From positions 3,467-67,466 of the forward strand of contig JAFMFD010000006.1 in the NCBI GenBank assembly GCA_017856385.1: 64,000 bases of DNA. The letters are read 5' to 3'. The notes beneath the pieces were generated by a model. That model was not told the origin of the DNA, did no database searches, and worked only from the letters and a program-made list of their open reading frames with translations. Source of the DNA: Actinomycetota bacterium (GTDB lineage Bacteria > Actinomycetota > Actinomycetes > S36-B12). The translations under genes were made by a program, and so were the position numbers. Below, piece after piece: positions 8,993-18,906 of the stretch; the stretch's first letter is position 1; every line of letters starts with the position of its first letter.

Positions 8993-10633
8993 ATGACCGA
9001 TCACGCGCAGCCCTTCGACCTGGAGGTCGATGTCGTCGTCCTCGGCACCGGGGGCTCCGGACTGACCGCAGCCCTCGCGGCGCACGACTTCGGGGCGGGG
9101 GAGGTCCTCATCCTCGAGAAGTTCGGGATGATCGGCGGCACGTCCGCGATGTCCGGCGGCATGCTGTGGATCCCGCTGAACGACCAGCAGGCTGAGCGGG
9201 GCGTCGACGACTCCTTCGACGAGGTCGTCGAGTACCTCGACGGACTGGCCGACGAGGGGCATCTGGATCCCGAGGTGCTCTCCGCCTTCCTCGAGGAGGG
9301 CCCGGAGATGCTCCGCTGGTTCGAGGAGAAGACGCCTGTCCGGCTGCGCCTGTTCGAGGGATTCCCCGACTACCAGTCGTGGGCACCCGGGGCGAAGGAG
9401 TACGGCAGCCGATCGCTCGACAACGACGTCTTCCCGTTCGTCGAGCTCGGCGCGTGGGCCAAGTGGGTCAACCCACCGAAGACCGGCTGGCCGCGTCGCA
9501 CGTCGATGATCGAGGACTACTACACCCCGAACCTGCCCGAGGACGTCCTCGCCGATCGCGAGGAGCGTGACTGCCGCGGCCAGGGCCAGGCCCTAATCGG
9601 CTCGCTATTGAAGGGCGTCCTCGATCGCGGCATTCCGCTGCACCGGGAGTCACGTGCTCGCCACCTCATCACCGAGAGGCGCAGCGTCGTCGGCGTCGAG
9701 ACCGAGGAGGAGGGCAGGGTCCTCCGTATCCGGGCGCGCAAGGGCGTCATCATCGCCACGGGTGGCTTCGAGTGGAACACCAAGCTCGTCAACTCGTTCC
9801 TGCGCGGGCCCATGACCGGCCCGGTGAGCGTCCCCGAGTGCGAGGGCGACGGCCTGCTCATGGCGATGGAGGTCGGCGCGAGCCTGGGCAACATGGGCAA
9901 GTCGTGGTGGCTGCAGTCGAGTCAGGAGCTCGCCGCGCACGGCCGGGGCCACGCCAACTACCTGATCGGCAACTCCGAGCGCACGCGCCCGCGCTCGATC
10001 CTGGTGAATCGCGAGGCCAAGAGGTTCGTCAATGAGGCGACCAACTACAACGCGATCGGGCCCGTGCTCCACAACTTCGACGCGAACACGCACGACTACG
10101 TCAATCTGCCGTTCTGGATCATCGTCGACCAGACCTACGTCGAGAAGTACCGCTTCTTCAACGCGACCACGAAGGGCGTCGTGCCCCCGTGGGCCATCAC
10201 GGCCGACGCGATCGAGGAGCTCGGTGAGCGGATCGGCATCGACGGCGTGCAACTCGCGAAGACGGTGTCGACCTTCAATGCCGATGTCGCTGCGGGGCGT
10301 GACACCGAGTTCGGTCGCGGCGACAGCACCTACGACCGGTTCTGGGGCGACAAGGACTTCGAGGGCGTCTACCGGACGCTCGGCCCGATCGACACCGCAC
10401 CGTTCTACGCCGTGAAGATGGAGTCCGGAGTCCTGGGCACCTGCGGGGGCCCGCGCACCAATGCGAACGGCCAGGTGATCGACTGGGACGACACCCCCAT
10501 CGAGGGCCTCTACATCTGCAGCAATGCGATGTCGTCACCGACGGCCGGCGTGTACGGAGGCGCGGGTGGAACGCTCGGGCCGGGCATGACCTTCGGCTTC
10601 ATCGCAGGACGGCACGCAGCGCAGAACGACTAG
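8993..10633 (+). CDS. FAD-dependent oxidoreductase, 3-ketosteroid-delta1-dehydrogenase-like (FAD_binding_2)
   Basis: DVVVLGTGGSG, GGTSAMSGG, GVIIATGGF, RFVNEA, LGTCGGP, YGGAGGTLGPGMTFG. Confidence 0.8.
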   Translation: MTDHAQPFDLEVDVVVLGTGGSGLTAALAAHDFGAGEVLILEKFGMIGGTSAMSGGMLWIPLNDQQAERGVDDSFDEVVEYLDGLADEGHLDPEVLSAFLEEGPEMLRWFEEKTPVRLRLFEGFPDYQSWAPGAKEYGSRSLDNDVFPFVELGAWAKWVNPPKTGWPRRTSMIEDYYTPNLPEDVLADREERDCRGQGQALIGSLLKGVLDRGIPLHRESRARHLITERRSVVGVETEEEGRVLRIRARKGVIIATGGFEWNTKLVNSFLRGPMTGPVSVPECEGDGLLMAMEVGASLGNMGKSWWLQSSQELAAHGRGHANYLIGNSERTRPRSILVNREAKRFVNEATNYNAIGPVLHNFDANTHDYVNLPFWIIVDQTYVEKYRFFNATTKGVVPPWAITADAIEELGERIGIDGVQLAKTVSTFNADVAAGRDTEFGRGDSTYDRFWGDKDFEGVYRTLGPIDTAPFYAVKMESGVLGTCGGPRTNANGQVIDWDDTPIEGLYICSNAMSSPTAGVYGGAGGTLGPGMTFGFIAGRHAAQND

Positions 10634-10666
10634 CGGGCGACACGCGATCTAGTGATCAGGCGTAAG

Positions 10667-11095
10667 TCACCGGTCGCCGCTCGAAGGGCTGCTGACCGAC
10701 ACCACCTCGAGACCTTCGATCGATTCGAAGTCCGACGCATTCCGCGTGAAAAGCGGCAACTCATGCTGAATCGCCGTTGAGGCGATCAGTGCATCGAATG
10801 CCTTTGCGTTCGTCTTTCGACCACTCAGCCGAAGCTGCGCAGCAACCCGACCGAAGACTCGTGCTGTGCCCTCGTCGAACGGCAGCGGGTCGAAGGTCGA
10901 CTCGACGATCTGCAGCAACGACTGCCGCGCGCTCTGTTCGGCCGGTGTCTTTGCGATCAGCGGGCCAACCGAGAGCTCGGCCAGCGTGATCGCGCAGATC
11001 TCGGATTCCAGTGGCAGCGATTCAGAAGAGATCAATCGCGGTAGGTCGACGACCACGCTCGTGTCCAGGAGCCCCTGTGCATGCCGGTTCGTCAC
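10667..11095 (-). CDS. vapC: VapC PIN-domain toxin
   Basis: LLDTSVV, ITLAEL, FDALIASTA, LFTRNASDF. Confidence 0.9.
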   Translation of the reverse strand: MTNRHAQGLLDTSVVVDLPRLISSESLPLESEICAITLAELSVGPLIAKTPAEQSARQSLLQIVESTFDPLPFDEGTARVFGRVAAQLRLSGRKTNAKAFDALIASTAIQHELPLFTRNASDFESIEGLEVVSVSSPSSGDR

Positions 11096-11328
11096 AGCGA
11101 CAGATCCAGGATCTCGCCCATGTCGGCGACCAGACCGGAGTAGTCGACGGTCGGGCAGCCCTTGAAGGCCTTCTCCAGGGTCTCGATCCTCACCCCGCGC
11201 CCGCGCAGCGGCCGAAGTTCGGCGATGGCCCGCCCCTGCCGGGTCACGGTCATGCCCTCGCCCCGCATCACGGCATCGAGGACCTCGCCGCCGTGATTGC
11301 GAAGGTCTCGAATGGTCACCTCTTTCAC
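11092..11328 (-). CDS. vapB: Phd/YefM-type antitoxin
   Basis: VTIRDLRNHGGEVLDAV..GE..TVTRQGRAIAEL; 4-nt overlap with vapC. Confidence 0.88.
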   Translation of the reverse strand: MKEVTIRDLRNHGGEVLDAVMRGEGMTVTRQGRAIAELRPLRGRGVRIETLEKAFKGCPTVDYSGLVADMGEILDLSL

Positions 11329-11337
11329 CCCCTCATA

Positions 11338-11353
11338 GTCTCACTGGTGAGAC
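11338..11353. promoter_or_regulatory. TA autorepression operator
   Basis: GTCTCAC-tg-GTGAGAC palindrome just upstream of vapB. Confidence 0.6.
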
Positions 11354-11601
11354 ATCCAGGCAATCCTCCCGATTCCCGAATCCTGCGCGCCCGACGAAAC
11401 CCCATGAACGACCATCGAGCGACTGTGGACGATGACCCGGCGGTGACGCATCTGTGGATGATGCAGGACTCCCTCAGGGAGGTCGGGCCGCCCTTGTCGA
11501 TGAACGTGCGGATTGCGGCCCGAGGCGCCGAAGCGGTGGCCGTTGTCATGGTGGTGAGGAACTGCCCCCCGTGGATTGCTCACTGGAGTCGACATCCGCA
11601 A

Positions 11602-11640
11602 AGCAGGAAGCCCCCGTCCAGCGGACGGGGGCTTCCTGCT
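11602..11640 (-). terminator. Intrinsic terminator after cold-shock gene
   Basis: 18-bp stem agcaggaagcccccgtcc / ggacgggggcttcctgct. Confidence 0.8.
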
Positions 11641-11656
11641 GGTGCGAAGTCCGAGA

Positions 11657-11860
11657 TCAGACGGCGCGAACCTTGTCAGCCTGGGGGCCCTTGGGGCCCT
11701 GGGTGATGTCGAACTCGACAGCCTGGCCCTCGTCGAGCGAGCGGTAGCCGCTCGAGTCGATGGCGGAGTAGTGGACGAAGACGTCCGGACCGCCGTCAGC
11801 CTGCTCGATGAAGCCGAAGCCCTTTTCTGCGTTGAACCACTTGACCGTGCCTTGTGCCAT
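11657..11860 (-). CDS. cspA: Cold-shock protein
   Basis: [24 protein letters not shown]; AAGGAG RBS. Confidence 0.95.
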   Translation of the reverse strand: MAQGTVKWFNAEKGFGFIEQADGGPDVFVHYSAIDSSGYRSLDEGQAVEFDITQGPKGPQADKVRAV

Positions 11861-12077
11861 GGTGCCAAATCTCCTTAACGAAGGACGTGGCAGACGAGGT
11901 GTCCGTCACGCGGTGAAGCCCTATCGCGCCGTCATCCTGGTGGGGATCTCGTGCTGACACGCCTTTACCTAGGGCTAACTGTGGCGTACTTCGGCCCAGA
12001 TTCCCAACTCTTGGGGAAATACGCGGAAATCGGTGTCCGGGACCCCCTCGCGCACGGGTCGGCCAGGGCCGCGCCAG

Positions 12078-14972
12078 CTAGCCAGGTCCTGCCACGTCAG
12101 GCGAGAAGCCGTCCTGCTCGGCCCTGAGCCGGGCCTGCAGGTCCTCTGGTGAGAGGGGTCGGGCGAACAGGAACCCCTGGGCGAAGTCGCAGCCCATGCC
12201 GGTGAGCACCTCCCGCTGCCGGGATGTCTCGACCCCCTCCGCGAGGACCCGCAGCCCGAGGGCGTGGCCCATGGTCACGATCGCCTCGCACAGGGCCTGG
12301 CTGTCCCGTTCCGACGCGAGGGCGGTCACGAAGGTCTGGTCGATCTTCAGCAGGTCCACGTCGAGCGCCTGCAGGTAGGCCAGCGAGGAGAACCCAGTGC
12401 CGAAGTCGTCGATCGCGAAGCCGACCCCGGCGTCGCGGTAGGTGCGGAGGTTGCGACGGGCGGCGTCACTGGCGTTGAGCAAGGTGCCCTCGGTGATCTC
12501 CGCGATCAGGGCCGAGCCCGGGACCCCCTTCTCCTGCATGAAGGCGATCCGCCGTCGGTGGACGTCGTCCGGATCGCTGGCCTCGACAGGGGACAGGTTG
12601 AAGCTGACCGCGAAGTCGGGAGACATCCGACGCAGGTCGGTCACCAGATCGAGGACGCGGGCGAACACCCAGTCACCGATGACGGCGATCTGACCGCTCG
12701 ACTCCGCCAGCGGGATGAAGCGCGCGGGGCTGATCGACCCGAGCTCGGGATGCTCCCAGCGCACCAGGGCCTCAGCCTTGATCGTGCGGCCAGTCGTCAG
12801 GTCCACGACCGGCTGGAGCACGACGCGCAGCTCGTCGTTGCGGACGGCCCGGTGGAGGTCCTGGGTCAGCCGGGCGCGCTCGCGCGCCTGCTCCTGCATC
12901 GTGGGGGTGAAGTAGGTGTGCCGACCCCGGCCCCCCTCCTTCGCGGCGCGCAGCGCCTGGTTCGCGGAAGTCAGCAGTTCGGAACCGGTTCCGGCGTCGT
13001 CGGGGAAGACGGCGATGCCGATGCTGACGGTCAGCGGGACCTCCCGGCCGCCGAGGTGGAACGGCTCGGCCAGTGCGTCGGCTATTCGTGAGGTGACGCC
13101 GACCACGGACTCTGCGGAGGCGTCCTCGGTCAAGATCGCGGCGAACTCGTCGCCACCGAGACGAGCGACCGTCTGGGGCTCGGGCACGGCATTGCGCAGC
13201 CGCAGGGCGGACTCCTTCAGCACGATGTCGCCGGCGCGGTGACCGAGGGACTCGTTGACGTCTCGGAATCGATCAATCCCCACGACCAGGAGAGCCACGC
13301 GACTGCCCGTCGAACGCGCCATCTCGACGGCCTGCGTCAGGCGGTCGTCGGCCAGCTGGCGTCCGGGCAGGCCCGTGATCAGGTCCTCCCGCATCGAGCC
13401 GATGGCGCTCAGCACGGCCACGTAGTGATTCAGCTCGTCGGCTTCGTTCGTCACGGCGGTGACCGTGACCGACTGCGCCGAGACGCGACCGTCATGGTCG
13501 CGGTTCACGAGATCACCCCGCCAGAAGCCGCTGCGGGCGACGCTGGAGCGCATGTCCGCGTAGACATCGTCGGAGGTCAGGTCCGAGCTGAGCAGGCTCA
13601 GAGAGTGTCCGCGCACCTCGTCGATGGTGTAGCCGGTGAGCTGGGTGAATCCTCGATTGACGTCGGTGATGGCACCAGCCGCGTCCATGATGATGACGCC
13701 GTCACGCGTGGAGTCGAAGACGCTCGCGCTCACCCGTACCTGGCTCTCCGCGGCTACCTCGTCCGTCACGTCGACGAGGTAGCCGTTGAGCAGAGCCTCG
13801 CCGGATGACTCGAGCACGGGTGAGGCGTCCGTCTGGAACCAGCGCGTCCGCCCATCGGCGGTGCGCATGCGGAAGCGGTCGTGCCATGGCGTGCCGTGGG
13901 CGTAGGACTCCAGCAGGTGGGTGGTCACCCGATCAAGGTCCTCCGGGGCGACCAGCGCCATCAGCGCTGCAGCGTCCTCGGCAACCTCGGCGGGCGCGAC
14001 ACCGAAGAGCGACTTCAGGCGCTCGCTTGCATAGGGGACGGCGAATGACCCGTCCGGACGCACCCGCACCTGGTAGAGCAGTCCGGGCGTCGCCTGGGAG
14101 AGGCTGGCCAGGCGGACGACGAGCTCGTTGCGTGCCTGGCGGCTGCCGACCTGGACGTACGCGAGGATGGCGAGCCCCACTGAGAGAAGGGAGCCCGCGA
14201 TGGCGATCCCCAGAGACCCCGAGGCGTCGATGGGGTCCGGGAGGACCGCGACCTGCCAATCGGCCCCGAGGGGCTGGGCACCCAGCGTCACCGACCCGGC
14301 GTCGAACAGGGACTGATCGCCCCAGACGGGGGTGCCGTCGGCCGTCGTGCGGATCGCGAGGCGAGCGGGGTCGGCCCCGGCCAGGTCAGCCGCCCGGGAG
14401 AAGTACGCCTCGGCATCGATGACCACGCTCACCAGTCCCCAGGAAGGGACCGAGGGCAGGTCGACCGCCTCGCGGTAGGCCAGCCCGAGCCCACCCTGCA
14501 CCAGCGGGAACGGGCCGAGCAGCCGGGGCTCGCCGGCGGCCAGCATCTCGCGGATCGGCTCCCACTGCTCCGGGATCGTCCGGAAGTCGAGTCCCAGCGC
14601 TGCCTCATTTCCCTCGATGGGCGCGACGAAGCGGATGACGCTGTCGGGCGCGATCGAGATCGACCGGACCAGGGGCACCTCACGCAGGAGCTGCGTCATG
14701 AACTCCTGCGTGCTGTAGGGGGCGAGATTGCCGCTCTCGCTGACCACGTAGGCGCGCAGCGCATGGGCTATGCCGGTCGCCGCGATCGGTCGCTCGAGCT
14801 GCTGGACCGTCAGTTCGGCAGTCCGCCGGGCGGCACCCTGGGCCTGGTTCGTCTGGTCCCGGATGGTGTCGACCGCCAGGACCGCCGTCGCCAGGAGGCC
14901 GAGCACCAAGACGAGGGCGGAGACGCCCCAGCGGACCAGCCTTCGCGAGCGTGCTGTTCCGTGGGTCCCCAC
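12078..14972 (-). CDS. Membrane CHASE-PAS-PAS-GGDEF-EAL c-di-GMP enzyme
   Basis: TM-CHASE (GNEAALGLD, GPFPLVQGG)-TM; two PAS; RLGGDEF; AEALVRW; EITE; IDDFGTG. Confidence 0.9.
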   Translation of the reverse strand: MGTHGTARSRRLVRWGVSALVLVLGLLATAVLAVDTIRDQTNQAQGAARRTAELTVQQLERPIAATGIAHALRAYVVSESGNLAPYSTQEFMTQLLREVPLVRSISIAPDSVIRFVAPIEGNEAALGLDFRTIPEQWEPIREMLAAGEPRLLGPFPLVQGGLGLAYREAVDLPSVPSWGLVSVVIDAEAYFSRAADLAGADPARLAIRTTADGTPVWGDQSLFDAGSVTLGAQPLGADWQVAVLPDPIDASGSLGIAIAGSLLSVGLAILAYVQVGSRQARNELVVRLASLSQATPGLLYQVRVRPDGSFAVPYASERLKSLFGVAPAEVAEDAAALMALVAPEDLDRVTTHLLESYAHGTPWHDRFRMRTADGRTRWFQTDASPVLESSGEALLNGYLVDVTDEVAAESQVRVSASVFDSTRDGVIIMDAAGAITDVNRGFTQLTGYTIDEVRGHSLSLLSSDLTSDDVYADMRSSVARSGFWRGDLVNRDHDGRVSAQSVTVTAVTNEADELNHYVAVLSAIGSMREDLITGLPGRQLADDRLTQAVEMARSTGSRVALLVVGIDRFRDVNESLGHRAGDIVLKESALRLRNAVPEPQTVARLGGDEFAAILTEDASAESVVGVTSRIADALAEPFHLGGREVPLTVSIGIAVFPDDAGTGSELLTSANQALRAAKEGGRGRHTYFTPTMQEQARERARLTQDLHRAVRNDELRVVLQPVVDLTTGRTIKAEALVRWEHPELGSISPARFIPLAESSGQIAVIGDWVFARVLDLVTDLRRMSPDFAVSFNLSPVEASDPDDVHRRRIAFMQEKGVPGSALIAEITEGTLLNASDAARRNLRTYRDAGVGFAIDDFGTGFSSLAYLQALDVDLLKIDQTFVTALASERDSQALCEAIVTMGHALGLRVLAEGVETSRQREVLTGMGCDFAQGFLFARPLSPEDLQARLRAEQDGFSPDVAGPG

Positions 14973-15186
14973 ACGGCAAGGCTAGGCCGCGCGACTGAGG
15001 TCGGTCGCAGGTCTGCGGGCCATGACCGGTCACTTCTCCCCGGCTGACCGGCCCATGAAGACGGCATCGGGGCCTTCGCTCCGATACCGTCCAAAGGTTG
15101 GTGGGGCATCCGGGTCCGGTCCGTCACGCCGACCTGGGAAGCCCATGGGGGATCGAAGCCGCGAGGCGGGTCGGGGGTGGTGCAGC

Positions 15187-17361
15187 ATGAGGGCAGCGGC
15201 GTCGCCGTGGTCGGCCCTACCCGCACGCAGCGTCCTGCCCTGGAGCCTCGTGGTCCTGGGGGTCTACGCACTCGTCGGCGCTGCCACCCTCAGCATCGGC
15301 CAGTACGCGGGTCTGGCCTCACCGGTGTGGCCGGCCGCGGGCCTGGCCTTCGCCGTCGTCTACGAGTGGGGCTGGCGGATGGCCCCGGCCGTCGTCGCCG
15401 GCTCGTTCGTGGCGAACATCGTGACCCTCGCACTGACCGACTCGCTGACGATGACAGACGTCGGCGTGGCCTCGGCCATCGCCCTGGGTGCAGCACTGCA
15501 GGCGGTGGCGGCCTCCTGGCTCGTCGTGTGGACCGTCGGCCATCGGGCCTCGCTCTCCGGAGGGACCCAGATCGTCGCCTTCCTCCTTCTCGCCGGCCCT
15601 TTGGCCTGCCTCATCAACTCCACGGTGGCCACCGGGGCCCAGGTGGCGGCCGGGCTCGTCAGCATCGACAAGGCGCTGCTCGTGGGAGTCACGTGGTGGG
15701 CGGGAGATGCCATCGGCGTGGTCGTGTTCGCGCCCCTCGTCCTGATGCTCCTCCCGGGTCAGCGAGAGGTGTGGGCAGGGCGACGCGCTCGCGTCGCCAT
15801 CCCGTCGCTGATCGGCGTCGCGCTGTTCGTGGGGTTCTTCGCGCAGGCCGATGTGCAGACCCGGGCCGAGCGCCAGCTGCTCGTCGCTGCGCTGGCCAGC
15901 GATGCTGCAGGTGAGCTCGAGCGCAATGTGGCGCTCCACCAGGAGGTCCTGGAGGGCATGAGCAGCTTCTTCAAGTCGTCGCAGTTGGTCGATGTCGAGG
16001 AGTTCTCCACATACGCGTCGGGTGCCCTGGAGCGGTTCCCGAACCTGCAGGCCCTCTCGTGGAATCCCCTGCTCGCCGCAGAGGAACTCGTCGCATTCGA
16101 GCAGAACCAGCGCGTCGAGCAGGGCTTGGATGGCTACACGGTGACGGAGCGCAACGCGAACGGCGAGCTCGTGCCGGTGGGCCCGCGCGAGGAGTACGTC
16201 GTGGTTGCCTACATCGAGCCCATCGCGGGCAACGAGCAGGCCCTCGGGTTCGACATCAACTCCAACCCTGCGCGGCAGGAGGCGATCGCGCGTGCGCGGG
16301 AGCTCGGGGTGGCGGCGGCGACCGCGCCTATCGACCTGATCCAGGAGGCCGGGACGCAGAAGGGGATGCTCGCTCTCGTCCCGGTGTACGAGGGAGGCGA
16401 GCGGCCGAGCGATCCGGCCGGCCAGCGTGCGGCGCTGCGGGGATTCGCGGTGGGGGTCTATCGCCTCGGGGACCTGCTCAATGACACGTTCAGCGGGCCG
16501 GGTTGGCGAAACGTGCAGGTGGAACTGGTCGACGTGACCGACCCGGCATCGCCCGAGGAGGTCGCCGTGCGGGTCGCACCGGACCCGCCCACCGTGGACC
16601 TGACGGCGACCGATGGATCCACGACGGCCGGTGACGAGTTCTCGGTCTACGGGCGGAACTGGCGCGTCGAGGTCACGCCCACCAGCGGCGCCCTGGCGAA
16701 TCCGACCCGCGCTGTGGCCTCGAGCATCGATGTGCTGGGCCTGGTCCTGCTGACGCTCCTGCAGGCCTTCATCCTCCTGGTCACCGGCAACGAGCGGGCG
16801 GCCGTGCGCCGGGCGGAGGATGCCAGCGTCGAGGCGAGCACCGACGAGCTCACCGGCCTGCAGAACCGCCGTGCCTTCATGCGCACCCTCACCCGAGTCG
16901 GGGAGCGAACGCTGCAGGACAGCTCCTCCGACGTGCTCCTCTACATCGATCTCGACCGGTTCAAGTCGGTCAACGACCACGGTGGCCACGAGGCCGGGGA
17001 TCGGCTGCTCCAGGCCGTCGCGCGCGCCCTTCGGGTGACCGTCCGCAGCCGTGACGTCGTCGCGCGCCTGGGCGGTGATGAGTTCGCAGTCATCCTCAAC
17101 AACTGCGACATGGAGCGTGGCGTCACCATCGCCCACACTCTGGTCACGACGATCTCCGCGCAGTCGGTCAGCAGCGACGCCGGCCCGCTGTCGGTCGGCG
17201 TCAGCATCGGGGTCGTGCTCATCGACCCTGCATTGCCCATCGACATCGACGAGCTGGTGCGGCGGGCGGACAACGCCTGCTACACGGCCAAGAACCGTGG
17301 CGGTGGCGTTTTCGTTCACCCCGTGGCAGCTGTGAGCGAGGGGCTCTCCCCTCAGGCCTGA
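15187..17361 (+). CDS. MASE1-CHASE-GGDEF diguanylate cyclase
   Basis: SPVWPAAG and WWAGDAIG (MASE1); YIEP..GNEQALGFD (CHASE); DLDRFKSVND, RSRD..RLGGDEF; start approximate. Confidence 0.88.
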   Translation: MRAAASPWSALPARSVLPWSLVVLGVYALVGAATLSIGQYAGLASPVWPAAGLAFAVVYEWGWRMAPAVVAGSFVANIVTLALTDSLTMTDVGVASAIALGAALQAVAASWLVVWTVGHRASLSGGTQIVAFLLLAGPLACLINSTVATGAQVAAGLVSIDKALLVGVTWWAGDAIGVVVFAPLVLMLLPGQREVWAGRRARVAIPSLIGVALFVGFFAQADVQTRAERQLLVAALASDAAGELERNVALHQEVLEGMSSFFKSSQLVDVEEFSTYASGALERFPNLQALSWNPLLAAEELVAFEQNQRVEQGLDGYTVTERNANGELVPVGPREEYVVVAYIEPIAGNEQALGFDINSNPARQEAIARARELGVAAATAPIDLIQEAGTQKGMLALVPVYEGGERPSDPAGQRAALRGFAVGVYRLGDLLNDTFSGPGWRNVQVELVDVTDPASPEEVAVRVAPDPPTVDLTATDGSTTAGDEFSVYGRNWRVEVTPTSGALANPTRAVASSIDVLGLVLLTLLQAFILLVTGNERAAVRRAEDASVEASTDELTGLQNRRAFMRTLTRVGERTLQDSSSDVLLYIDLDRFKSVNDHGGHEAGDRLLQAVARALRVTVRSRDVVARLGGDEFAVILNNCDMERGVTIAHTLVTTISAQSVSSDAGPLSVGVSIGVVLIDPALPIDIDELVRRADNACYTAKNRGGGVFVHPVAAVSEGLSPQA

Positions 17362-17921
17362 GCCCCTCTGGCCCGCCATCGACCCAGCAGGGCGAGCGCA
17401 GCGACCGAGTGCGAGTCCGTCATCGCCCCGCGCTCCACCAGGGACCACACCTCGTCCTCGGTGAACACTCCCGTGCGCATGTCCTGCTCCTCGACCTCGC
17501 GTCGATGGGGCACCGACGTCAGATCGAGTGCGAGGAAGACATGGAACCCGCCGGACGAGCGCCCGTATCCCGCATGCAGGTAGCCCAGCACATGCCACTG
17601 CGCCGCCTCGAGCCCGGCCTCCTCGGCGAGCTCGATCGCGGCCACCTCGGCGGGAGTGATGTCCGCGGGCTGAGCCACCGAGCCCTGCGGGAACTCCCAC
17701 AGGCGCCGACCGACGGGGTACCGGAACTGCTCGACCAGGTGGAAGCGCTCGCCGTCGAAGGGGATCACGAGTGCGAACTCGCGGCTGTGCGTGACGGCAT
17801 ACAGGCCTACCGATCCGTCACGGCGCTCGACGGTGTCCTCCGTCAGCGACATCCAGGCGTTCTCATAGACAACGCGACGCTCGAGGCGCCGCACGTCGTC
17901 CTCCTGCGGGGGCGGATCCAT
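17352..17921 (-). CDS. NUDIX hydrolase (ADP-ribose pyrophosphatase-like)
   Basis: LVEQFRYP, WEFPQG..AAIELAEEAG Nudix box. Confidence 0.85.
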   Translation of the reverse strand: MDPPPQEDDVRRLERRVVYENAWMSLTEDTVERRDGSVGLYAVTHSREFALVIPFDGERFHLVEQFRYPVGRRLWEFPQGSVAQPADITPAEVAAIELAEEAGLEAAQWHVLGYLHAGYGRSSGGFHVFLALDLTSVPHRREVEEQDMRTGVFTEDEVWSLVERGAMTDSHSVAALALLGRWRARGAQA

Positions 17922-17979
17922 CCACGCATGAAACCACGCACTCCCGCTACGCGCTCCCGCCGCGCACTACCGTGCTGTC

Positions 17980-18906
17980 ATGCGAGCCAACGCGACGACG
18001 GGCAATGCCCTGCGCCTCGAGCTCGGCGAGGGACCGGTCTGGGATGCCGATCGCGGCGAGGTCCTGTGGGTCGACAGCGAGGCGGGACTTGTCCTGCGCG
18101 GCGACCTCGACGGCGATGCACTGGTCGTGCTCGACTCGCGCGACTGGGGGGAGAGCGTGGGCTCCGTCACCCCGGCCCGGGACGGCGGGATGCTGGTGGC
18201 GGGCGAGCACCACGTGCACGTCGTCGATGCGTCCGGGCGTGTCGATGAGTCGATCCGCATACTCCCCGAGGGGCAGCGCAGTCGACTCAACGACGGGTCC
18301 GTGGATCCGGCGGGGCGCTTCCTCGTGGGGAGCGTGCGCCTGGACGATCGGGTCGGGATGGAGTGCCTGTGGTCGGTGTCAGCGGACCGCGTCGTGCGCA
18401 GGGTGGTCGACGGCATCACGGTGAGCAACGGACTGGGCTTCTCGCCCGATGGCTCGACGATGTACTACGTCGAGACGCGCCCGGGGACGATCCTGGCGTT
18501 CGACTACGACGTCGACACGGGCGAGGCGACCGGTCGTCGCGAGGTCCTGGCCTGCGGTGGCACGCCCGATGGCCTCGCGGTCGACACCGAGAGCTGCCTG
18601 TGGGTGGCGTTCTTCGGCGAGGGCCAGGTGCGCAGGATCTCGCCGCGAGGGCAGGTGCTCGAGGTGATCGAGGTCGACGCGCCCAACGTGACGTGCCCGG
18701 AGTTCGTCGGACCCTACCTGGACCGCCTTCTCATCACGACGGCGCGCTACCGCATGAGCGCGGAGCACCTGAGGACGAGCCCGCTCGCGGGTGCGGTGTT
18801 CATCGCCGATGCGTCCGTGCCGGGCCTGCCGGTCGGCTCGTGGGGCGGCGCGACAGGTGGCCGAGGCGAGGAGCATGCAGCAGGGAAAGTGGAGGGAACG
18901 CCATGA
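17980..18906 (+). CDS. SMP-30/gluconolactonase family protein
   Basis: LGEGPVWD, RLNDG, SNGLGFSPDG, PDGLAVD. Confidence 0.9.
   Translation: MRANATTGNALRLELGEGPVWDADRGEVLWVDSEAGLVLRGDLDGDALVVLDSRDWGESVGSVTPARDGGMLVAGEHHVHVVDASGRVDESIRILPEGQRSRLNDGSVDPAGRFLVGSVRLDDRVGMECLWSVSADRVVRRVVDGITVSNGLGFSPDGSTMYYVETRPGTILAFDYDVDTGEATGRREVLACGGTPDGLAVDTESCLWVAFFGEGQVRRISPRGQVLEVIEVDAPNVTCPEFVGPYLDRLLITTARYRMSAEHLRTSPLAGAVFIADASVPGLPVGSWGGATGGRGEEHAAGKVEGTP

Noticed and set aside
11325-11600. 74-aa ORF or leader between cspA and vapB
   Set aside because: No RBS, no motif and it overlaps the vapB operator; cannot be supported
13400-14120. PAS domains as possible LOV photoreceptors given the nearby rhodopsin
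   Set aside because: No NCRFLQ-type flavin-binding Cys motif
15319-17700. Long antisense or alternate-frame ORFs (e.g. 15319-17700, 23682-25679, 28070-29953, 30636-32666, 2654-4201)
   Set aside because: Shadow ORFs of well-supported genes, expected at high GC; no recognisable motifs
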